Shown here: positions 56,996 through 64,000 of the stretch, piece by piece | Layout of the letters: the number at the start of each line of letters is the position of its first letter | Position numbering within the stretch: position 1 is the first letter of the stretch | From: Candidatus Latescibacterota bacterium | GTDB lineage: Bacteria; Latescibacterota; UBA2968; GCA-2709665 | NCBI GenBank assembly: GCA_965208835.1 | Contig: OZ242358.1 | Coordinates: forward strand, 3,520,001 to 3,584,000 | Direction of reading: 5' to 3' | DNA: 64,000 nucleotides | Made by a program: the position numbers and the translations under genes | Notes under the pieces: model-generated | Databases searched by the model: none | Told to the model about the DNA's origin: nothing | Seen by the model: only the letters and a program-made list of their open reading frames with translations

Positions 56996-59900
56996 TCATT
57001 GAACGTAGAACCCGGTCTCTCTGTTCGATGTCAGTCCGCTGTTCAGGTCGATCACGTCGATTTCCAGAATATACTGTCCGGGCTTTGTGGATTTCAGATC
57101 CAGTTCCATGTACACCTCTTCTGACTCCGAGTTTCCAATCTGTTCGTATCCCACTGCGAGTTCCTGTTTTTTGCCGGTCAGCACACGCACCAACTGCGAA
57201 ATGACCCCCCTGGCCTTGCGCCCCTGGACGCCTTTGGGTCGAATTGAATATTCGACCTTGTACCGGCTCTGCCCGAATTCGTCTTTCTTCAGGTGGTAAA
57301 TCTCGTAGTAGACGAATACACCCTGGTCCCTGCCGAATGTACGCGTAGGAATGGGTATGACGCGCAGACCGCCCTTCCTGAACTTCCCCGTTTCATCCGA
57401 CTCGACGACCGAGAATGCCAACTGCAGCTCGCTCAGCTGCAGGAATTCCCGGTCGTAGTTGTCAATCACGACCTCCTGGCGGTACCGTCCCTGCCTACCG
57501 GACAACCTGTCCTTGACCTGCACCTCCATCCTGTATGTGCCGGGGGGAACGTCCAGACCCACCAGATCGGGAACAAAGCCGCCGCGCGTGCCTGTCAGGT
57601 CGCCCCCTCCACGAAATACCAGGTTACCCTGCCTGCGGTACACCGCACCGGTGCGAGGGTTGTTCAATGCCACGGAACGCTCCAGAAACATCTCGGTTTC
57701 GTCGTCGTCCCCCGAATACTTGCCCAGTTTGTACGGCGCTCCGAAATAGACCTCGAGGAAGGATCCGGTACCCCGTTTGTCCTCCCGGAAGTTGGCCAGA
57801 TCGTAATAGAACTCCAGCGGCAGTTTGTTCTCAGGCGGCTTGTAGTAGTCCGGAGTTACCAGCGCCGCCTGTTGGGCTACGGACCGCGGATTGAACTGGT
57901 TAAACCGCGCCAACTGCTGCATCGGTATCCGAACGTCCATCGGCGGGGGCGCATATTCGAACTCGCCGCGCATGTGCTCGTCCGTAAACGTAATCTCGAT
58001 GCCCCCGTTCACATCGGTATAGACCCAGACTTCCCAAGGGACCATCGAGGCGTCGTCCTGAGAGGATACAGCCTTGAATGCGAAATCGTTTGGGGAGTCA
58101 CCGAGCGCCAGAGCACCCTGGTTCATCTGGACATTCTCAAACCGGAGTAACTCCAGGGAGGCATCCGAAACCTCATTGTCCGCCGTAATCCCCGATTCAA
58201 AGGTGATCCCCGTGCGCTGGGCCTGGCTCCCGGCTACGACCCGGGTGGCCTCGGTATTGCGGGAGGTGATGCTGAGATCCACGCCCTGCCGGTCGGCGGC
58301 GAACCCGTCGCCCAGGTTTGCGCCACCGCTGAGATTGGACTTCAGGCTGCGCACGGCGTACACGGGTCCGCCCATGAAAGTCATCTGAAGGGCAGCCTGC
58401 CCGTACATCTGCCGGGCGATGCGTTCCCGGACCCGCTGCACTTTCAGGCTCTGGTTGTAATTCTTCATATCGGAGGTTGACCGGTAGTCGGGTTCCCCGA
58501 ACCGGATATACACCTCGCCCCGGCGGTCCCACGGCTGTTTGCCCGTTGAATATGCGCCGAGCGCGTACCAGACACGCCGGTAATGTTCCAGCAGCCGCTC
58601 GTTGATGGCCGTTGTCAGGTCGGGGTCGTGCGCCGTCCAGAACCGCTTTACCAGGTCGACGCGACCCCGTCCATCGGCCTGCTCGTAGGCCTTGCGTTCC
58701 TCGGGGGACATCAGCAGGATCGGATCGCGATAAAGCGCCTGCTCCTCGTCCGTCGCCGCCTGCAGGAACTCTTTGAAATAACGATCCGCCCACTCCAACC
58801 GTCCCAACTGCACGCACGCCTGAGCCAACACGGCGAGAACGCCCGTTTCATCCGGATGTTCGAGGACGTAATCCGTAAGGAGCTCCACGATACGCTCGTA
58901 ATTCCGGGACCGCAAATAGACCGCGGCAAGGCGCTTTCGCCCTTCGGGGTCTTCAGGCTTCAGCGTCATGTATCGGGCGTAGAGGAGCGCCGCCCGTTCG
59001 AAATCCTCCTCGTGGACCTCGTACCATTCACCCAGCAGCAGATAGGCGGGCGCAAACGTTGGATCGATGTCGATCACTTTCTCAATGTCATATCTCGCGT
59101 CATGCTCCCGCAGGCTGCGCCGAAGCCTGGCCATGTTGAAACGCGCTTCCAGATAGTCACGGTCGTACTGCAGCGCCTTCGTATAGTAGCGGATCGCGTC
59201 GTATCGGGCCTTGGGCCGTGTTTCAAACACCTGCCCCAGCCCGTTATACGCCTCGGCCAACCTGTGGTCGAACCGTACGGCGCGTTCGAACGAACGCAAC
59301 GCGGCATCCGGATTCCTGGACTTCAGATAGGCGTAACCCAACTGAGAATGCCCGCGCGCGGATTTCGGCGCCATCAGCGTGACCACCTGCAGCACCGGCA
59401 CAGACGCCTTCGGATCCGATTCCAGCGCCCGTCTGCCGACGTCCAGCAGCGAATCGACCTGTGCCGTTCCCGCCGTCCTGTCCACCACCTCGAATCGGTC
59501 CCCGCGACGGACCAGTTCCAACAGCCGACCGCGGTGATACGGACTGATCACCATTGCTTCGCCGTCGACGGCGCCGGATCGATAGAAATAGCTGATTGTG
59601 CGTTTCCTCCGATCCATTGGTGACCTGAACACTTGTACAAGGATCCGCTCTTCCGAGTCGTCCAGCCCGCCGGCTCGCGCCGAAGCCTTTAAAACCTCCA
59701 GGTTGGCAGGCGGGCTGCCGTTGTGCAGTTGCCGGTACTCACGAATCATCTCACCGATCGCGGACAGGTTCTCCCTGCCGACCCATCGTGCGCCCTGGGA
59801 CGCCGCCATGCGCGACCTTCCGGCCAGTATTTTCGCGTAAGCCATTGCCGGCTTCGAATAGAGGAGGTGGTCCCGTGCAAGCGATTCGAATTGCTGGGCC

Positions 59901-60523
59901 GCATTACGATATAGACGCCGCGCCTGGCGAAACTCCCACTGATGCAGGGCCGCGTAGGCCATTTTCACGGTCATCATCGCCTTCTCAACGCCCGAGAGCG
60001 AGCGGCTGGGGCCGTTTCCCGGCCCCCCGTTCTGTGCGGAAACCCACGCCACATCGAGGTGTCTGAGTTCGACGACTCCCGGACGGCGGACGACCGTGCC
60101 GTTAATCATCACCTCCCACACCTGGCTCTCCACCATCGGCACTGCCGCCTGCCCCACCCCTGCGAGACGATAATCTCGCAACGGGCGGTCCTTGTAGAAC
60201 AGACGCCGCCCGTCCGCGGACCATCCCAATTGTCCCGGCGGCCCCGGGAAGGCGCCCAGTTTGCGTTCGGTTCCCGCTGCATCCGCGGTCCAGACTTCGG
60301 TCAGTGCCGCCTGTCCGTTTTCATAAGAAGCCGTCCAGATCCGCTGGTTGGCCGCCTGAGCCGGGACCGAATGCCCGAAAATGGCGAACAGACAGCAGGT
60401 GGCGAACAAGCGAAGAGAGCGTGAACTGAATGGGATGTTTTCCCGACTTGGCACCCAATTCTCCTCCCCGAAGACTCGGGGCAAGGTGTGAAACGAGAAC
60501 AAACTCGTCCTATTTGTCATCAT
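56996..60523 (-). CDS. Large GWxTD-domain TPR protein with extra N-terminal modules (start uncertain)
   Basis: TPR array, FWTAHDPDLTTAINERLLEHYRRVWYA, PWDRRGEVYIRFGEPD, WEVWVY, VYYEIYHL; paralogous to 20114-22327. Confidence 0.88.
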   Translation of the reverse strand: MMTNRTSLFSFHTLPRVFGEENWVPSRENIPFSSRSLRLFATCCLFAIFGHSVPAQAANQRIWTASYENGQAALTEVWTADAAGTERKLGAFPGPPGQLGWSADGRRLFYKDRPLRDYRLAGVGQAAVPMVESQVWEVMINGTVVRRPGVVELRHLDVAWVSAQNGGPGNGPSRSLSGVEKAMMTVKMAYAALHQWEFRQARRLYRNAAQQFESLARDHLLYSKPAMAYAKILAGRSRMAASQGARWVGRENLSAIGEMIREYRQLHNGSPPANLEVLKASARAGGLDDSEERILVQVFRSPMDRRKRTISYFYRSGAVDGEAMVISPYHRGRLLELVRRGDRFEVVDRTAGTAQVDSLLDVGRRALESDPKASVPVLQVVTLMAPKSARGHSQLGYAYLKSRNPDAALRSFERAVRFDHRLAEAYNGLGQVFETRPKARYDAIRYYTKALQYDRDYLEARFNMARLRRSLREHDARYDIEKVIDIDPTFAPAYLLLGEWYEVHEEDFERAALLYARYMTLKPEDPEGRKRLAAVYLRSRNYERIVELLTDYVLEHPDETGVLAVLAQACVQLGRLEWADRYFKEFLQAATDEEQALYRDPILLMSPEERKAYEQADGRGRVDLVKRFWTAHDPDLTTAINERLLEHYRRVWYALGAYSTGKQPWDRRGEVYIRFGEPDYRSTSDMKNYNQSLKVQRVRERIARQMYGQAALQMTFMGGPVYAVRSLKSNLSGGANLGDGFAADRQGVDLSITSRNTEATRVVAGSQAQRTGITFESGITADNEVSDASLELLRFENVQMNQGALALGDSPNDFAFKAVSSQDDASMVPWEVWVYTDVNGGIEITFTDEHMRGEFEYAPPPMDVRIPMQQLARFNQFNPRSVAQQAALVTPDYYKPPENKLPLEFYYDLANFREDKRGTGSFLEVYFGAPYKLGKYSGDDDETEMFLERSVALNNPRTGAVYRRQGNLVFRGGGDLTGTRGGFVPDLVGLDVPPGTYRMEVQVKDRLSGRQGRYRQEVVIDNYDREFLQLSELQLAFSVVESDETGKFRKGGLRVIPIPTRTFGRDQGVFVYYEIYHLKKDEFGQSRYKVEYSIRPKGVQGRKARGVISQLVRVLTGKKQELAVGYEQIGNSESEEVYMELDLKSTKPGQYILEIDVIDLNSGLTSNRETGFYVQ

Positions 60524-60586
60524 TATACAATAAGGAATATGGAAGAAAAATCAAAGCTGAATCTGGCCATGAAATAAAATCCACCA

Positions 60587-62560
60587 TCATTCCAACAGCA
60601 TCCGAATCCGGCGCCGGGCCTCGGATGAAACCTGCGGATCGCCGCGCCATTGCTTCAGAAATGCTTCGTAGGCCGTGACCGCATTCCCTGACTTGCCCTG
60701 GGTTTGAAGCACCGTACCCAGGTTAAAAAACGCTTTCGTGTCTCCCAACGCCGCTGACCTTCGATATGCCTGTGCCGCCTCATCCGGCCTGCCCGACTTC
60801 TCCAAAGCAACGCCGAGATTGAAGTGGGCTTCCCTATCCTCCGGCAGCAGAATCGCTGCCTGCCTGAATCCTTCGACCGCTGCCGCCGGTTCGCCGGCCC
60901 GCATGGCAGTCACGGCCAGATTCTTCCACGCTTCCGCATATCGCGGATCCAGGTCTACGGCTTTTCGATACGCCGCGAGCGCCTGTTCAAAAGTCCCCTT
61001 CACGCCGTACGCGTTGCCCATATTGTTATAGGTCATGGCTTCTTCCCGTATGGACAGCGCCCGTTGAAAAGCAAGAATCGCCTGGTCCATCCGTCCCCGC
61101 TCGGCATGCACCTGCCCGACCGCCTGGTGCATCTTCGCACTCTCAGGATATGCGCTGGCAGCACTGGAAAACAGGCTGAGATCATCTCTCCAATCTTTGT
61201 TTCGCACCACCGTGCGCGCGGCGTACCCCAGGCATACAAGGCCCATCGCGACAACCAGGGTGAACCCGAACCTCCTGAACAACCGCTCTGCGCCAATCCC
61301 CGCAAGCGCGAACACGCCGAGCGCAGGAATATACAGAAACCGCTCCTGAACCATTGAGTTCAGCAGTACCACGGTCTGCGACACGCCCATATAGGGCACC
61401 CAAAAAAGCGCTCCACAAAAAAACAGCCGTGGCCATCTGATCAGCGATCGCACCCACAACCCCAGTCCCGCTACCGCCAGTGCCAGGCCCGCGATTACAC
61501 CGGGCTCCAGCAGGGAAGCCGCAACCGGAATCGCATTGTACGAGTAATCCACGGAAAGCCGCCACGGTAAGACCAGGAGCGAAAAGTAGTGCCAGAAGAT
61601 TCTCCCGGCTGTGAGGATACGCGTCTCAAGCGAAGTGCCATAGAGTGGATTCACCAGCTCCGTCATCCCACCGGGTGCGAAGCCCAGTCCTGCTGCGGCG
61701 TCTCGCACGAACAGACAGATCCCGAATACGCCAGCAAAGCCCAGCCACCACGGCCATCTTGCCCGGCAGACATCCAGAATGCATCGGAGAAAATCCCTCC
61801 CCTCAAGTTCGCCCGCCGACCAGGCCAGACGCACTGTCGACGGTCCTCGCCGCCCTTTCCGTCCATCACCCTTGACGGATAAAATCCGGTTTCCTGGATC
61901 CGTCATCCCCGCCGCGAGGTCATATACGACGACCAGGCCCACCAATGCAAGCGCGCTCTCCTTGCTGAGTAATCCACAGAAGAAAGCAATAAGCGCGAGC
62001 ACATAGGCCGCTCGGGGACGCGAACGTTGCGTGTAAAACAGCATTCCAGTCAGCAGAAATGCGCCGGCGAGCAGGTCGGACCGGCCAAAGGTCACACCCG
62101 CCGCCACTTCCGAATGGATCGGATGCACCGCAAACAGCAAGCCCGCAAAAACCGCCGCAAAACGACTCATGCCCGTACGCCTGCACAGCATCCACGCCAG
62201 CAGGCTGCAACACACGTGAAGCAGCACGTTGGTTAGATGAAATCGAAACGGACGAATGCCTCCCAACGCGTCCAGCAGAAACGTAAGCACCGTTAGGGGC
62301 CGGTATTGACCTGTATCGTTTCCAGGATAGCCCGCCCAGTAGTGGGTTGTGAAAACGCTTCGAAAATCCAGCCGCTCCACGATCCAGCTTCGAACGATCA
62401 GAAACTGGTCGTCGTAAACCAACCCGTTTACCAGCGCGTTGGCATAAACCACAAACGCCGTGACGCCCACCAGAACGGGCCAAGCCCACGTGTGCTTTAC
62501 GTCCGCGCCGGAGGCCGTAATCGTGGGCGCCTGACGCTTCCGGGATTTACGTTTCGCCAT
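60587..62560 (-). CDS. TMTC-like protein O-mannosyltransferase homologue (GT-C + DUF1736 + TPR)
   Basis: VYDD, YRPL, FHLTNVLLH, FAVHPIHSE, GRSDLL, LLSKE, PWRLSVDYS, ERFLYIP, RNKDW, TPRs. Confidence 0.9.
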   Translation of the reverse strand: MAKRKSRKRQAPTITASGADVKHTWAWPVLVGVTAFVVYANALVNGLVYDDQFLIVRSWIVERLDFRSVFTTHYWAGYPGNDTGQYRPLTVLTFLLDALGGIRPFRFHLTNVLLHVCCSLLAWMLCRRTGMSRFAAVFAGLLFAVHPIHSEVAAGVTFGRSDLLAGAFLLTGMLFYTQRSRPRAAYVLALIAFFCGLLSKESALALVGLVVVYDLAAGMTDPGNRILSVKGDGRKGRRGPSTVRLAWSAGELEGRDFLRCILDVCRARWPWWLGFAGVFGICLFVRDAAAGLGFAPGGMTELVNPLYGTSLETRILTAGRIFWHYFSLLVLPWRLSVDYSYNAIPVAASLLEPGVIAGLALAVAGLGLWVRSLIRWPRLFFCGALFWVPYMGVSQTVVLLNSMVQERFLYIPALGVFALAGIGAERLFRRFGFTLVVAMGLVCLGYAARTVVRNKDWRDDLSLFSSAASAYPESAKMHQAVGQVHAERGRMDQAILAFQRALSIREEAMTYNNMGNAYGVKGTFEQALAAYRKAVDLDPRYAEAWKNLAVTAMRAGEPAAAVEGFRQAAILLPEDREAHFNLGVALEKSGRPDEAAQAYRRSAALGDTKAFFNLGTVLQTQGKSGNAVTAYEAFLKQWRGDPQVSSEARRRIRMLLE

Positions 62561-62589
62561 GTCTGCGTTTTCAAATACCCCCGTGGGCC

Positions 62590-62615
62590 GGGCAACCACA
62601 AGGGGCGCCCCTACA
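62590..62615 (-). repeat. Single GTAG-type REP, same family as 56805-56904
   Basis: gggcaaccacaaggggcgcccctaca, 23/26 identical to the doublet arm. Confidence 0.8.
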
Positions 62616-62727
62616 ACGTCAGGAAGCATTTCCGGGAGTTAACGAGAAGCTATGAGATTGCATAGATGAGGTGTCAGGGTATAGATGGCTGTTGGGTTGG
62701 TTCTCCATAGCATCAAGCAATATCAAT

Positions 62728-62772
62728 AAAGAACGGGCGGCGTCCAGGCTCAGAGTCCCGGTCGCCGCCCGT
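62728..62772 (-). terminator. Hairpin terminator downstream of the porV-like gene
   Basis: acgggcggcg...cgccgcccgt stem with an A-rich flank (U-rich on the minus strand). Confidence 0.6.
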
Positions 62773-62843
62773 CGGTTCATACGCCGACAAAGCGCCGGAC
62801 TATATCAGATTTGATTCGGATCCAACGCTTTGACTGGCCGCCG

Positions 62844-63836
62844 TTAGAACGTGCCGCCGACAGAAACGCGGATCGGCGGATCGAACATAACGACGCCGTC
62901 GTTCTTCTGCAGGAGCGACACCGCCACGTCAGCCGTGATCGTGCGACCCCCGAAGGTCTGCTTCAGCCCTGCGCCGACGGCAATGCTCTCAAGGTCGTAA
63001 TTCCACTTCCAGCCTGCGCGCAATGCCAACGCGTTCTGCAGCCACAACTCGGCGCCGAAGTGCCAGCGTTGCTCGAAGTCTACGAAGAACGCGCTTTCCA
63101 CGGAGGCGGTGAGGTAGGACGGATCGCCCTTTTCACCGTAAACTTCCGCCGCGACGCCGATATTGTAGACGAGCGGCAACAGGTACGCGCGGTCGCCCGA
63201 CTTGCGGTCCGGACCGAAGTTCCTGAACGCCATCGCGATGCGAAGGCTGCGAAAGCCCGTGTAGAAGAAACTGCCCACGTCCACCGTAAAGCCGGTGGTC
63301 TTTACCGTGTAGAGTTTTTCCTGGACGTAGTTCGCCTTGGCGCTGAACGAGAACTTGTCGGTGAACTTGATCGCATACAGCAGACCGACGGAGATATTAT
63401 GTACAACCACGTCCTGCCCGGTTCCGTTGGGCTGATAGATCGTGGTCTCCTTGGAGGGCTTCGGGTTGTGGGACACGACTGAAATGCCCAGCACCTCGCC
63501 CCTGGCCGAACGCGTGTTCCACACGGCTGCAGCCGAGTAAAGCTGCGTGTCGAGAAGGAATCTCGTCCAGTTCAACTGATAGGCCACGCGCTCCACGTGT
63601 ACCAACCCGGAGCCGTTCCAGAAGATCGCGTTGATATCGTCCGCTACCGCGGTAAACGCGTCGCCCATCGCCACGGCGCGGGCGCCCTGGCCGATCTTCA
63701 GGAACTGCATCCCGGAGATATTGACTTTCTTGACACCATACTCACCGGTCACCCCGCCCCACTTCACGGCCAAAGCCGGTGAAGCGGCAAGCAGCAGGGC
63801 CAAGACCGACGCAATGATTAGCATGCTTCTTTTCAC
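62844..63836 (-). CDS. porV: PorV/PorQ-family outer-membrane barrel (T9SS shuttle homologue)
   Basis: QFLKIGQGARAVAMGDAFTAVADDINAIFWN, ETTIYQPNGTG, LALRAG; GTG start after AGGAGG. Confidence 0.85.
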   Translation of the reverse strand: MKRSMLIIASVLALLLAASPALAVKWGGVTGEYGVKKVNISGMQFLKIGQGARAVAMGDAFTAVADDINAIFWNGSGLVHVERVAYQLNWTRFLLDTQLYSAAAVWNTRSARGEVLGISVVSHNPKPSKETTIYQPNGTGQDVVVHNISVGLLYAIKFTDKFSFSAKANYVQEKLYTVKTTGFTVDVGSFFYTGFRSLRIAMAFRNFGPDRKSGDRAYLLPLVYNIGVAAEVYGEKGDPSYLTASVESAFFVDFEQRWHFGAELWLQNALALRAGWKWNYDLESIAVGAGLKQTFGGRTITADVAVSLLQKNDGVVMFDPPIRVSVGGTF

Positions 63837-63861
63837 GTCATTTCCTCCTTGTTTGAGCCCG

Positions 63862-64000
63862 CTACTTGATCAGCACGAAGCTGCCTTTTCGGGTCTCTCC
63901 GCCGGATACGACGACGAAATAGTACAAACCGGTCTGCACCTCGCCGGCGATATTGAACGTGATCTGACGAAACTCGGTCTCACCCTTGGTAAGCGGGGTC
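63862..64000 (-). CDS. 3' end of a protein with a T9SS type A-like C-terminal sorting tail (partial)
   Basis: Manual translation: ...TPLTKGETEFRQITFNIAGEVQTGLYYFVVVSGGETRKGSFVLIK-stop, matching the GxY...K...hydrophobic-K pattern. Confidence 0.75.
   Translation of the reverse strand, partial: TPLTKGETEFRQITFNIAGEVQTGLYYFVVVSGGETRKGSFVLIK

Overview
A GC-rich bacterial chromosomal window, densely coding, with no rRNA, CRISPR array or intact transposase. The gene mix points to an FCB-group lineage such as Latescibacterota or Gemmatimonadota relatives; this is inferred from the GWxTD proteins, PorV plus a T9SS-type C-terminal tail, EF-hand/dockerin-like tails, and LPxGAxxRLG-type WD40 proteins. 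Main content: (1) a frameshifted secreted WD40 gene and a fibre-like protein that share a dockerin-like tail; (2) a CBS-korA-korB operon in which KorB is fused to a second CBS pair, behind a structured leader; (3) selA-selB-selC (tRNA-Sec); (4) housekeeping genes galU, mazG, purB and arsC; (5) several catabolic clusters of unknown substrate, including two sulfatase-like enzymes with Thr at the formylglycine position; (6) a hicAB toxin-antitoxin pair; (7) a 14-kb envelope locus with three GT-C-like glycosyltransferases (one TMTC-like), a large GWxTD-TPR protein, PorV and a T9SS-type substrate. The intergenic DNA holds at least five families of small non-autonomous elements. One MITE family has five co-oriented copies with co-varying ends, and one copy appears to have replaced the C-terminus of GalU. 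A second MITE has different ends but a similar internal core. All calls come from motif reading by eye; no database searches were run.
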